Source: Gemmatimonadota bacterium
GTDB taxonomy: Bacteria > Gemmatimonadota > Gemmatimonadetes > JACCXV01 > JAHWKZ01
Direction: 5' to 3'
Length of the DNA stretch: 64,000 nt
Assembly (NCBI GenBank): GCA_035513155.1
Contig: DATKCO010000003.1
Location: 543-64,542 of the forward strand
The notes beneath the pieces were generated by a model, which saw only the letters and a program-made list of their open reading frames with translations, did not search any database and was not told the DNA's origin. The position numbers and the translations under genes are program-made. Positions within the stretch are counted from its first letter, which is position 1; each line of letters opens with the position of its first letter. Shown piece after piece: positions 7,918 through 17,449 of the stretch.

Positions 7918-10449
7918 CTACGAAGGCTCCTCGTTAGAGGCGACGCGCTGGGAGAGGCGGCGGAGACGTCCGGCGAGCGTGACGAGCAAGGGTTGCGTAA
8001 CCCGCGGTCGGTGGAGCAGGCGGCTCCGGAACATGTTTCCCGGTATGCGGAGAACCCGCAGGGGACCGTCCTTGGGCCGCACGGTGGCCATCCGTGGGCT
8101 GCCATCGAGCAGTGACAGCTCGCCTACGACCTCGCCGGCGCCGAGAACGGCGACCTCGCGGTCCGACCCCTCCCCGGCGGTGGTCCGCGCGCGCAGGACG
8201 ACGGATGCGAGGCCGTCGACGATGATGTACACGGCATCGTCGTCCATGTCGCCTTCCTCGCAGAGAACCTGGGGCGCCGCGACGGTCTCGTCCTCGGTCA
8301 GCCTGCCCAGGTCCTCCAGATCCTCGGGGTCCAGGTGGGCGAACAGAGGGACTCCTCGCAGGAATTGCATCTTTTCGATCGTAGCCAGGCTGGAGAAACC
8401 GGCCGTCGAGCTCTCGCTCTGATCGCTGGCGGGTTTCCCGCAAAGGACGGCGGTTTCCCGGACCAGGGGATGGGAGTCCACCAGGCCACGCGCGACGATC
8501 GTGGGGGCGAGGCTTCCCTCGGTCCCGGCGGTCCAGACAGCGGCCGCGCGGATGTAGGGATCCGTGGCCCCGGCCAGGCGCTCCAGAGCCACTGACCGAT
8601 CGTCCAGGTTCATCTCCTCTACAGGGGGAGCATCGAGGATCAAGGGCGCCAGATCTCCAAGCAGCCCCTCGGTCCCAGGACAGGCCTCCTCGAGTTGTCG
8701 CAGGGCCGCCTTGCGGGTGTCGATCTCCTCAGCCAAGAGACCCGGTCGCAGGGCCTGCACCCGCTCGGCGTCGCCGGCGATCTCCAGGAACTCCAGCACG
8801 CGGCTGATGGCCGCTTCCAGCTCACGGTGCAGGAGATACGCCAGCAGCCCTGCCGCACCCGGTTGGCCGGGGAGGCCCAGGGTCGCGAGATCGCGACGGA
8901 CGGCCAGCGCGTGCTCCACCTGGCCGCGCGCCCGGACGAGCAGCGCGCCGGACTCCCCTCGCATCTGCTCGAGCACGCGGGCGTGGGCCTCGGAGCTGAT
9001 GCCGAACGCGCGCTGGAGCTCGGTCACCTCGCTCGCGGACGCGCGCCGCAGGAGCGCCGCCGCGAGAGCGGTCTGGTAGCCCTCCAACTGCGCGCGCTCC
9101 TCGACGCTACCGACCTCGCCCTGCTCGAACAGCCGACGCTCCTCCTCAGAAAGACGCTCGATCACTTTCTCGTGCTCCCGCGGCGTGATGCCGAGCTGGA
9201 CACGGATCTCGTCGAGGAATCGAAGCTCCCCGCGCCCGACGAGGCCATCGGTGATGATCTCCCGGATCGTGTTGGTGTACGCGGTCAGGTACTGCTCGCG
9301 CGCGTGTTCGCCCGCCTTGATCCATGCATACACCTCACCGGGATCCTGTGGCGGCGGATCCTCGAATGGCCAGTTGCGCAGGAGCTTGACGGCTCCCCTC
9401 TCCTGGATGTAGCGCTCGCGGGTGCGGCGCGATCGCTTGAGGACGAAGAGGGTCGCGATCAGCGGCGCCGCAAAGGCGACCGTCCGGGTAGCGCCAGGCA
9501 GCTGGCGCAAGGAGGGAGCGCCGGCGAAGAAGTAGAAGATGCTGAAGGCCGCGAAGGCGGCGATGGCCAGAGTCAGGTGGCGACGACGCTCCACTTCGGC
9601 GACGGAACGCCCGATGACGGCCTCGATCCCCAGGAAGACCCCGTAGCTGACGGCGGAGAAGACGAGGAGCGTCGCGAGCGCCGCCCCGAATGCCGGGACC
9701 TGCGGGGCGAAGAAGAAGCCGGCACCGGCGACCAGGTCCGCGGTGACCGGGAGCTGGGTCCAGCGACCGTCGAAGTACGCCTCCCAGTCGCCGTGCCGCA
9801 GCCAGTAATAGGTGTAGAAGGCCAGGACGAGACCGGGGAACGCGAACATCGCGACGCGCCGTCCCGTGGACGACACGTCCTGCCAGTAGGCGTTCTCCTG
9901 ATCGATGTCCGGACAATGCTTTTTGCACGCCGTGCACCGGACGCACTGGGAGTTGGAGACCTTGGGTAGAGAGTTGGGCTCGGTGTAGACGCGTTCCACC
10001 AGGCCGACGGGGCAGAGGAAGTTGCACCACGTTTTACCGGTGAAGATCCGGTTCGTGACGGCCGCGGCCGCGGCCAGGCCGATCAGCAGGCCTGCGAGCC
10101 ACAGGCCGTCGCCGTTCGTGGCAATCAGCCGGAAAACCAGCATGGCGAGCAGCAGCCCGAAGGTCACGAGGAAGAACCATCGCTCCAGCCACTTCGGCAC
10201 GCGTCGCTGCGTGCCTCGATTGAGCTTCCGACCCAGCTCGCCGAAGAACGCCAGCGGACAGATCTGGCGCCAGCGGGGGAACCCCATCAGGACGATGGAC
10301 ACGGGCAGCAGCGGGAGGAGCATTGTCCAGAAGTAGCGTGGCAGCGAGTCCGTCGTCAGGCCCACGATGATCGCCGCCCCGTATCCCGCGACGAGCACGG
10401 CACGGGTTCGTCGCTGCCAAACGGTGGGTCCGACCGCTCTACCGGCCAA
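7918..10449 (-). CDS. Multidomain membrane protein: N-terminal polytopic 4Fe-4S-binding (NapH/Fer4_5-like) module, helical/HEAT-like middle region, C-terminal cyclic-nucleotide-binding domain
   Basis: Cys motifs 'CNFLCPVGLVERVY' and 'CVRCTACKKHCPDID' lie between TM segments. HEAT-like 'DPYIRAAAVWTAG...VDSHPLVRETAVLC'. The cNMP domain reads 'FLRGVPLFAHLDPEDLEDL...GAGEVVGELSLLDGSPRMATVRP'. The start is an apparent TTG at 10449 and is uncertain. Confidence 0.8.
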   Translation of the reverse strand: MAGRAVGPTVWQRRTRAVLVAGYGAAIIVGLTTDSLPRYFWTMLLPLLPVSIVLMGFPRWRQICPLAFFGELGRKLNRGTQRRVPKWLERWFFLVTFGLLLAMLVFRLIATNGDGLWLAGLLIGLAAAAAVTNRIFTGKTWCNFLCPVGLVERVYTEPNSLPKVSNSQCVRCTACKKHCPDIDQENAYWQDVSSTGRRVAMFAFPGLVLAFYTYYWLRHGDWEAYFDGRWTQLPVTADLVAGAGFFFAPQVPAFGAALATLLVFSAVSYGVFLGIEAVIGRSVAEVERRRHLTLAIAAFAAFSIFYFFAGAPSLRQLPGATRTVAFAAPLIATLFVLKRSRRTRERYIQERGAVKLLRNWPFEDPPPQDPGEVYAWIKAGEHAREQYLTAYTNTIREIITDGLVGRGELRFLDEIRVQLGITPREHEKVIERLSEEERRLFEQGEVGSVEERAQLEGYQTALAAALLRRASASEVTELQRAFGISSEAHARVLEQMRGESGALLVRARGQVEHALAVRRDLATLGLPGQPGAAGLLAYLLHRELEAAISRVLEFLEIAGDAERVQALRPGLLAEEIDTRKAALRQLEEACPGTEGLLGDLAPLILDAPPVEEMNLDDRSVALERLAGATDPYIRAAAVWTAGTEGSLAPTIVARGLVDSHPLVRETAVLCGKPASDQSESSTAGFSSLATIEKMQFLRGVPLFAHLDPEDLEDLGRLTEDETVAAPQVLCEEGDMDDDAVYIIVDGLASVVLRARTTAGEGSDREVAVLGAGEVVGELSLLDGSPRMATVRPKDGPLRVLRIPGNMFRSRLLHRPRVTQPLLVTLAGRLRRLSQRVASNEEPS

Positions 10450-10469
10450 AGCGCGCTACCTCGAGTCCT

Positions 10470-12065
10470 TCAATCGTCCTCTGGCGAGAAGGTGCGCAGG
10501 CTGAGCAGGAAGATCACGAGCGAATGGCGGTCCTGGGCCGGAAGGGCCACGAAGGCGTCGCGCGAATCCTGAGCCTCGCTGCGACCCGGGTCGTCAGTCG
10601 GGGGCGGGTCGTCCTCGCCATGCAGCAGGATCGCTTCCTCCAGGGTTCCCGCGCGGCCGTCATGCAGCCAGGGCCCGGTGTTCCCGACGCCCCAGAGTTC
10701 CGGGGTCAGAAACGCCGTGGCGGCGATCAGCACGTTCTCTCCGTCCACCTGCAGCGGGACGAAGTTCGCGGTGAAGGTAGGCTGCGGACCCGCGGGATCC
10801 GCGAGATGGCGTCCCATGTGATGGCGCCTGAGATCCCCGTACATCCGGATGATCGCTCCACCGTCGGGATGGGCTTCCGCGCGGGGCGGCTGAGAGTCCA
10901 GCAGGATGTCGAAGCGAAACGGGCGCGCGGGGTCGTACCCCGGATCCCGCTCCGCCAGGCGCTGGTTGTAGTAATTGCCGTTGCCGCGGAGCGTCGGCTC
11001 TTCGAACACCGTATTCTCGAGTCTGATCTCCGGGATGTGGCAGGCCGCACAGCCGACCTCCTCGAAGACCGTTCGCCCCCTGCGGACCTCGGCGAGCGTG
11101 GATTCCTCCGGGGCGGCGACCATCCCGAGCTCCGCGAGCCTCTCGAGGGATTGAGGAGTCTCCTGGGCGGCCGTGTAGATCGTAATCGCCGTGACGTCTC
11201 CCACCGACAGCTCGCGAGTCACGCCGTCACCGTCGGGATCGGGGTCGTACTCGCGCCCGGGCGGAGGGAACCAGAGGAGCTCTTCGGCCAGCATCCCCAT
11301 GAGGCCCGCGGCGGCGCCCACGGTCGGGCCGCGCACGGTCGCCACATCCCCCTTCCACCCGATCGGCCGTACCACGAGGTCCGGATCGACGCCGCGAGTC
11401 CCCGTGAGGTCGAAGCTCACCGCATGTCCCGCATCGGCGGTCGCGATGAGGGTCCCGTAGTCGATGCCCTTCGAGGTCAAGCGTCGCCGGACCGGCGTAC
11501 CAGGGTGTTCGCCCGCCTCCCGCTCCGCGTCCGCTCGGATGGAATGCAGATCCTCGGTGATCTCCTGCGCCAGGAGCTGCACGATGCCATCGCCGAAAAG
11601 GGATGTCGTCGAACGGGTATTGAACGGGGGCATGCCGTCCCCATCGGGATCGCCCACCCGATTGGTCGAGGCCAGACCGGCCGCGGCGCCGGAGGGCGAA
11701 TTGTGGCATTCGCCGCAGGACTGGGACGAGATCATCCCACCCGCTCCACCGCCGGCGGGCATCACGCCGAAGCGGGGAAATGCCGAGCCGTCCGGCAACC
11801 GCGAGCGTCCGACACCGTCGAGGCCGTTGAACGGAGTGTGGAAGAGAGCGGCCCCGGCCTCGAAGAGCTGCTCGAAGCTCATCTCACCCGCGGCGATCGA
11901 GCTGGACTCGAGATGGCCGCCCTCCAGGGGGAAAGCCGGTCCGGCCGACAAATTGATGACGGGAAGTTCCGGCACGACCTCGTCTGCCCGGGAGGTGCAG
12001 CGAGTTACGGCGAGAATCCCGAGGGCGAGAGAAAGACCAGACGACAGGATCCGGCGCTGCTTCAC
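10470..12065 (-). CDS. DUF1111-family di-haem cytochrome c protein (putative peroxidase/thiol oxidoreductase)
   Basis: Two CxxCH motifs ('CGECHNSP', 'CAACHIPE') and a signal/lipobox-like 'LSLALGILAVTRCTS'. GTG start at 12065 with upstream 'GGAAGGAAGAG'. The Arg/Pro-rich 5' extension of the track ORF (to 12707) was discarded. Confidence 0.8.
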   Translation of the reverse strand: MKQRRILSSGLSLALGILAVTRCTSRADEVVPELPVINLSAGPAFPLEGGHLESSSIAAGEMSFEQLFEAGAALFHTPFNGLDGVGRSRLPDGSAFPRFGVMPAGGGAGGMISSQSCGECHNSPSGAAAGLASTNRVGDPDGDGMPPFNTRSTTSLFGDGIVQLLAQEITEDLHSIRADAEREAGEHPGTPVRRRLTSKGIDYGTLIATADAGHAVSFDLTGTRGVDPDLVVRPIGWKGDVATVRGPTVGAAAGLMGMLAEELLWFPPPGREYDPDPDGDGVTRELSVGDVTAITIYTAAQETPQSLERLAELGMVAAPEESTLAEVRRGRTVFEEVGCAACHIPEIRLENTVFEEPTLRGNGNYYNQRLAERDPGYDPARPFRFDILLDSQPPRAEAHPDGGAIIRMYGDLRRHHMGRHLADPAGPQPTFTANFVPLQVDGENVLIAATAFLTPELWGVGNTGPWLHDGRAGTLEEAILLHGEDDPPPTDDPGRSEAQDSRDAFVALPAQDRHSLVIFLLSLRTFSPEDD

Positions 12066-12217
12066 GGTCAAATCGCTCTTCCTTCCTGTAAGGAGGGGTG
12101 GAAAGGCGCTGATGAGACGCGCCGATCTACTATCTCCACGGTAGGACGGCAACCGGTGTCGTGTCAACGCCAAGCAGCGCGCGTTCACTCTTCGGTTCGA
12201 GCGTATCCACGCCAGGC

Positions 12218-13696
12218 TCAGGCCGCCGCGCTCGACTTCTCCAGTTTCTCCGTGATCTCGGGTCGCTGCCCGGCCTCGATCGCGCGGTGCTCGCGGACGA
12301 TAAGGGCCACCAGGCCCAGCCACAGCAGGATGAAACCGAGATTCACCGCCGCGAACCCTCCGGGGCCGAAGGCGAAGACCACGGTCCCCAGGAACACGAC
12401 GCACGCCGAGAAGACATCCCCGATTCGCTGGAAGAAGCTGTCGACTACCTGCTTGGCCTTGTACTTGATGTCTCTCGAAGTGGGGAGGAACAGCATCTGG
12501 AGCGTGGTCTTGTTGATGGAATAGTCGGATGCGTTCTCGAAGGTCTTTCCGAGCCGGATGTAGCGGATCACGGGTAGGAAGAAGACCAGCGCGTAGGTGC
12601 CGAGCGCTATGAGAGGAAGCCAGAGGAGTCCCGCTCTCACACCCCCGTACTTGACCAGACGCCCGACTACGAAGAGCTGGAGCCCCATCGCGAGCAGGTT
12701 CATCCACGTGAGGAAGCCGGCATAGAAGCTCCCGATCACGGAGGCTCGGTACTGCTCCTGATTCCTGGAGTCGCTCGGGTCACCGAATTCTCGGCTCTCG
12801 AACGTCAGGGGCGAACTCGTCGCCAGGGCGAGCTCCACCGCTTCCTCGGTCTGGGTGATCCCGTAGTTCACGACCAGGCTCCCGAGGATGTACTCCCCGT
12901 TCGTGTTGACCAGGTTCAGGAGCAGCACGAGAAGCGCGATGGCCCCGATGTACTTGTGGCGAAAGAGGAGATCGAATCCGAGACTCTCCTTCTCCCGTCG
13001 TCCCGGCGATTCCTGCCGCGCCTTAACCGCGGCCGACAGCTCGCGCTGGCGCGCCTCCATGGCTGCCTTTCCCCATACCCTGCGGCTGATCATGTTTGTC
13101 AGTGCCATGCAGCCGGCCAGGAGCGCGGCTGCCCACAGCAGCATCTCCATCACGCTGAAGTAGTCGAGCAGCCGATCGGCGATCCACGAACCGACGAAGG
13201 CGCCGAACGAGCCGCCGAACGCAACGAGGGGGAAGAGACGTTTTCCGGAGTCGTTACTGTAGACATCGTTGGCGTAGGACCAGAACTGGGCCACGACCAT
13301 TACGCTGAAGATCCCGACCCAGAGGAAGAAGGCGTACCCCAGATACGGCATTCCCGCCCGTCCCATCGCCCAGAACGCGATCAGACAGCCGATGAAAATC
13401 CCGGTGACGACCGTGATCAGGCGGGTCCGCTCGTATCGCGAGACCAGCTTGGCATATCCGCCGACCAGAAAGAAGAGGAGCACCGCCATGCCAGCCGCCA
13501 GATAGCTTTTGGCTTCCGCACCACCACTCGAGAGGATGAGGGCTTCCCGAACCGGCCGGATTAGGTAGTAGCTCGTCAGGAGCAGGAAGATGTTGAGCGC
13601 CATGAGCAGGGTGAGGATCCCTTCGCCCGCTCGGACATCGGTGAACAGGGTCAGGAACCTCTCGAGGACGCTCTTTTCGACCGCGGCTTGTGACAT
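12218..13696 (-). CDS. TLC/Npt-type nucleotide (ATP/ADP-translocase-like) transporter family protein
   Basis: The N-terminus is characteristic of the PF03219-like family: 'LERFLTLFTDVRAGEGILTLLMALNIFLLLTSYYLIRPVREALILS'. About 12 TM segments. Confidence 0.8.
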   Translation of the reverse strand: MSQAAVEKSVLERFLTLFTDVRAGEGILTLLMALNIFLLLTSYYLIRPVREALILSSGGAEAKSYLAAGMAVLLFFLVGGYAKLVSRYERTRLITVVTGIFIGCLIAFWAMGRAGMPYLGYAFFLWVGIFSVMVVAQFWSYANDVYSNDSGKRLFPLVAFGGSFGAFVGSWIADRLLDYFSVMEMLLWAAALLAGCMALTNMISRRVWGKAAMEARQRELSAAVKARQESPGRREKESLGFDLLFRHKYIGAIALLVLLLNLVNTNGEYILGSLVVNYGITQTEEAVELALATSSPLTFESREFGDPSDSRNQEQYRASVIGSFYAGFLTWMNLLAMGLQLFVVGRLVKYGGVRAGLLWLPLIALGTYALVFFLPVIRYIRLGKTFENASDYSINKTTLQMLFLPTSRDIKYKAKQVVDSFFQRIGDVFSACVVFLGTVVFAFGPGGFAAVNLGFILLWLGLVALIVREHRAIEAGQRPEITEKLEKSSAAA

Positions 13697-13721
13697 CGAA
13701 GTCCTCCAGTACCGGACGAGG

Positions 13722-14261
13722 TCAGTAGTTGTCCTTCAGGAAGTCTCGAACCGCCTTGACGACCCCTTTCGCGGCGCCATCCGAGGAGCCGCCGAACAGC
13801 CCTCCGGACAGTTCGCCGTCGAAGCTCGCGATCGCGATCTGCCGCCCGGACGCCTTGTCGGTGAAGACACACTCGACGGTCACCGTGGCCTTCCCGGCAC
13901 CGAGCCCTATGAGGTAGCGCTGGGCTCGGCTGCCTTCCTCGTAGCTGAGGATCCTTCCGCTGACGGTCAGCACCCCTCCGGTCTGCTCCGTGGAGCGCGT
14001 GACCACCGGGAACAACCTGTCCTTCGAGCCCTTCCGGGTGGCGTCCGCCAGAACCTCGACAAGCGCGTCGGGAAGCTCATCGGCTGCGCTGCGCGCGGAT
14101 TTCGTGCCGATGGTAGACGTGAAGGGGAGGACCTCGATCGTGTCGAAGGCCCCGAATCGTTTCTCAACGGGTTCCTGGACGGAATAGCGGTGCGAGGCGC
14201 ACGCGCTGCTCGCGATCAGAGCGGCCGAGAGGATCAGCCAGGGACGCTTCAGGGAGTTCAT
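13722..14261 (-). CDS. DUF4410-like lipoprotein
   Basis: The internal ATG at 14261 gives 'MNSLKRPWLILSAALIASSACASH' (lipobox). The body 'LTVSGRILSYEEGSRAQRYLIGLGAGKATVTVECVFTD...' resembles DUF4410. Confidence 0.65.
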   Translation of the reverse strand: MNSLKRPWLILSAALIASSACASHRYSVQEPVEKRFGAFDTIEVLPFTSTIGTKSARSAADELPDALVEVLADATRKGSKDRLFPVVTRSTEQTGGVLTVSGRILSYEEGSRAQRYLIGLGAGKATVTVECVFTDKASGRQIAIASFDGELSGGLFGGSSDGAAKGVVKAVRDFLKDNY

Positions 14262-14487
14262 GGTGAGTCCCTTCCCCGACGACCGGGCTACGCCGCGGCG
14301 TCGGTTGAAATGAGTGGTGGTCGAACCGGGCTGCCTACAGGCCGAGCATACGAGGCCCCGCTTCCTCAGCGATGCCCCGCCGGTTCCCTGGAGCGCTCGT
14401 TCGACGGATCCCGGCCTTGTGCGCGGGTCCGCCGGCGGTAGCTTCGCCCTTTTCGGGACGCGGTCTTCCCCTATCGGAGGTCTCGAG

Positions 14488-14718
14488 ATGCAGCAGAAGC
14501 ACTCCGTGCGCGCCGAGCTCACCGTCCAGGAGCTCACGCGGGCGGGCACCAGTCTCGACCTGATGATCTACGCCGGGAACGAGAAGATCGGGACGCTGAT
14601 CATCGGTCAGGGCTCCCTGTTCTGGCGCGGCGGCAAGCGCGTGAAGAGCGAGCGGATCGACTGGACGAGCTTCGCCGAGATGATGAACGAGAAGGTCTAC
14701 GGCGAGAAGCGCGTTTGA
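14488..14718 (+). CDS. Small hypothetical protein (76 aa)
   Basis: ATG preceded by GGAGG (14476-14480). 'MQQKHSVRAELTVQELTRAGTSLDLMIYAGNEKIGTLIIGQGSLFWRGGKR...'. The stop overlaps the psuG start. Confidence 0.4.
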   Translation: MQQKHSVRAELTVQELTRAGTSLDLMIYAGNEKIGTLIIGQGSLFWRGGKRVKSERIDWTSFAEMMNEKVYGEKRV

Positions 14719-15569
14719 GGCGAGTGGCGCTCGAAACCGCTTTTCTGACGAGCGGTCTTCCCGAAGATGCGCGTATCCCGACCGCAGACGCGATGTCCCG
14801 CGCGGTCCGCGACCATGGGGCGGAGCCGGCCTTCGTGGGCGTGATCGGTGGGGAGCCGGTGGTGGGGATCGACGCCGCCGGGCTCGCGCGATTGTCACAG
14901 TCGGGCCGGAAGGCCTCGACCCGCGATCTGCCGCTGGCCGGCGCGCGCGGCGAGGACGCCGGCACGACCGTGGCGGCCACCCTCTTTCTCGCCCATCGGG
15001 CAGGGGTGCGGGTCGCGGCAACGGGCGGGATCGGCGGCGTCCATCCGGGAGAGGGGCGGATCGACGAGTCGGCGGACCTGCTCGAGCTGGCGCGGAGCCC
15101 CGTCGTTCTCGTCTGCTCCGGCGCCAAGGCGATCCTCGATCTTCCCGCCACGCTCGAGCGGCTGGAGACCCTCGGGGTGACGGTCGTGGGGTACGGGACG
15201 AGCGAGCTTCCCGCCTTCTGGTGGGTGGGGAGCGGCCTCAGGCTCCCCCACCGGGTCGAGGGCGCGGAGGAGGCGGCCGCTGTCGCGCGGTCGGCGCGCG
15301 AGCTCGGGCTCCCGGGGGCCGTCCTGGTCTGCGTGCCGCCGCCCGCCGACGCCGCGCTCGACCCGGGCGAGGGGGAGCGGGCGATCGACCGGGCGCTCGC
15401 CGACGCGGGAGAGCGTGGCGTCCGAGGCGCGGAGCTGACGCCCTATCTCCTCGCCCGCGTCGCCGAGCTGACCGAGGGCCGGTCGCTCCGCGCGAACCGC
15501 GCGCTCCTCGCGCACAACGCCGGCGTGGCCGGAGAGATCGCGGCGGCTCTGGCCGCGGGCACGCCGTGA
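14715..15569 (+). CDS. psuG: Pseudouridine-5'-phosphate glycosidase
   Basis: 'VALETAFLTSGLP', 'TVAATLFLAHRAGVRVAATGGIGGVH' and 'PVVLVCSGAKAILDLPATLERLETLGVTVVGY' match the YeiN/PsuG family pattern. The apparent TTG start gives an N-terminus shorter than usual. Confidence 0.85.
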   Translation: MRRVALETAFLTSGLPEDARIPTADAMSRAVRDHGAEPAFVGVIGGEPVVGIDAAGLARLSQSGRKASTRDLPLAGARGEDAGTTVAATLFLAHRAGVRVAATGGIGGVHPGEGRIDESADLLELARSPVVLVCSGAKAILDLPATLERLETLGVTVVGYGTSELPAFWWVGSGLRLPHRVEGAEEAAAVARSARELGLPGAVLVCVPPPADAALDPGEGERAIDRALADAGERGVRGAELTPYLLARVAELTEGRSLRANRALLAHNAGVAGEIAAALAAGTP

Positions 15570-16747
15570 GACGGGGCCCGCTGGCGGTGGCGCTCGCGAT
15601 CGCCGTCCTGCACGGCCTGAACGACGCCTACACGGCCTTCCTCCCGCCGCTTCTGCCCCGGATCATGGGCGAGCTCGGCCTCTCGATCACGCTCGCGGCG
15701 GGCCTCATGACCGCGCTTTCGCTCGGCTCGTCGCTCGCCCAGCCGCTCATGGGGCGGCTGGCCGACCGCCGCGGACGACGCGCGCTCGTCGTCCTGGGAC
15801 CGGTGACGACCGGAGTGCTCCTGTCCTTGATGGGTCTCGCGCCGGGCTTCTGGTGGCTGATCGCCCTCCTCACGATCGGCGGCCTCGGAAGCGCCGCGTT
15901 CCACCCGCCGGGAGCGTCCCTGGCCGCGCGCGTGGGGGAGGGCGGCCGGAGCGGGATGCGGCACGCGGTCTTCTCGTTCGGCGGGGCGACCGGCTACGCG
16001 CTGGGGCCGCTGGTGGCGGTCTGGCTCGTTTCCCGCGTCGGTCTCGACGGGATGTGGGTCGCGATGGCGCCGGTCGTCGTGCTCGCCGCCGTGCTCTGGT
16101 TCGTGCTGCCGCCGGGAGCGTCCGATCGCGTCGTCGCGCCACCGCCATCGGTCGGGGAGATCGCCCGGCTCCTGCGCGGGCCGCTGGGCCTGATCTTCGG
16201 GATCAGCGCCGTGGCGGCCTTCCTGCAACGGCTCGTCCTCACCCTGCAGCCGATCGTGATGGCGGCGGCGGGAGAGAGTGAGGCGCGCGGGGCGGTCGTC
16301 CTGAGCGTCTATCTCGCGGGCCAGGCGTCGGGCACCCTGCTGGGTGGCTTCCTCGCCGACCGGATCGACCGCCGGCGGCTCCTGGCGGTCCTGACCGCGG
16401 TGTCGTGCCCGCTCCACGTGGCGTTGTTCCTCATGCCCGGCGGGGAACCCATGGCGTTGGCGGTGGCGGTCCTGGCGGGGGCCAGCAACATGGCGATCCT
16501 GCCGGCCATCGTCGTGATCGCCCTCGAGCTCGCGCCGTCGTTCGGATCGACCAGCTCGGGGATCGTCATGGGGCTGGCGTGGGCGGTCGGCTCGCTGGGG
16601 GTGCTGGGCGCGGGAGCGGTGGGGGACTGGCTCGGCCCGCAGCCGGCGGCGATCCTCCTGTCGCCCATCGTCCTGGTCGGATCGTGGCTCGCGCTCCGGC
16701 CATCCCTGAGGAGGCACGGGCGTCCCCTGGTGGTGGAGGCAGGATGA
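15566..16747 (+). CDS. MFS transporter
   Basis: The GTG at 15566 overlaps the psuG stop. 'LAVALAIAVLHGLNDAYTAFLPPLLP...GRLADRRGRRALVVLG'. The upstream 115 codons of the track ORF are Arg/Gly-rich shadow sequence. Confidence 0.75.
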   Translation: MRRGPLAVALAIAVLHGLNDAYTAFLPPLLPRIMGELGLSITLAAGLMTALSLGSSLAQPLMGRLADRRGRRALVVLGPVTTGVLLSLMGLAPGFWWLIALLTIGGLGSAAFHPPGASLAARVGEGGRSGMRHAVFSFGGATGYALGPLVAVWLVSRVGLDGMWVAMAPVVVLAAVLWFVLPPGASDRVVAPPPSVGEIARLLRGPLGLIFGISAVAAFLQRLVLTLQPIVMAAAGESEARGAVVLSVYLAGQASGTLLGGFLADRIDRRRLLAVLTAVSCPLHVALFLMPGGEPMALAVAVLAGASNMAILPAIVVIALELAPSFGSTSSGIVMGLAWAVGSLGVLGAGAVGDWLGPQPAAILLSPIVLVGSWLALRPSLRRHGRPLVVEAG

Positions 16748-17427
16748 TCACGCGCGTCAAGGTGTGCTGCATCGCCAGTCTCGAGGAGGCGCGGATGGCG
16801 GTCCGCGCGGGCGCCTCGGCGCTCGGGCTCGTGTCCGAGATGCCGAGCGGCCCGGGGGTGATCCCGGAGGATCGGATCGCCGAGATCGCGTCCGCGGCGC
16901 CGCCCGGAGTCGCCACGTTCCTGCTGACCTGTCGACCCGACGCGGAGGCGATCGCGGCCCAGCAGCGGCGCACGGGCGTTGGGGTCCTCCAGCTCTGCGA
17001 CGAGACGGCGCCGGGCACCCGCGCGGAGCTCCGGCGGCTCGCTCCGGGCGTCAAGCTGGTCCAGGTGATCCACGTCCAGGGACCGGAGTCCGTCGACGCC
17101 GCGCGGGCCGCGGCCGCGGAGGTCGACGCCCTCCTCCTCGACTCCGGCCGTCCCGACCTGGCGGTCAAGGAGCTCGGCGGGACCGGCCGTGTGCACGACT
17201 GGGAGACGAGCCGGGCGATCCGCGAGGCCGTCGAGGTGCCGGTCTTCCTGGCCGGCGGTCTCCGGCCCGAGAACGTCGCCCGCGCGATCGCCATCGTACG
17301 ACCCTACGGCGTCGACCTCTGCAGCGGGATCCGTGTGGACGGCCGGCTGGACGAGCGCCGCCTGTCCGCGTTCATGCGCGCGGTCGCCTCCGCGAGGCAG
17401 AACTGTAAGGACCCCGACACCGGCTAG
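16744..17427 (+). CDS. trpF: Phosphoribosylanthranilate isomerase
   Basis: 'MITRVKVCCIASLEEARMAVRAGASALGLV', 'GGTGRVHDWE' and 'FLAGGLRPENV'. ATGA overlap with the preceding MFS gene. Confidence 0.8.
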   Translation: MITRVKVCCIASLEEARMAVRAGASALGLVSEMPSGPGVIPEDRIAEIASAAPPGVATFLLTCRPDAEAIAAQQRRTGVGVLQLCDETAPGTRAELRRLAPGVKLVQVIHVQGPESVDAARAAAAEVDALLLDSGRPDLAVKELGGTGRVHDWETSRAIREAVEVPVFLAGGLRPENVARAIAIVRPYGVDLCSGIRVDGRLDERRLSAFMRAVASARQNCKDPDTG

Positions 17428-17449
17428 ACTCCGGGGCGAGTAGCTTGAT

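Noticed and set aside
12066-12707. N-terminal extension of the DUF1111 ORF
   Set aside because: The extension is Arg/Pro/Gly-rich and overlaps the end of the TLC gene. The GTG at 12065 with an RBS yields a proper signal peptide.
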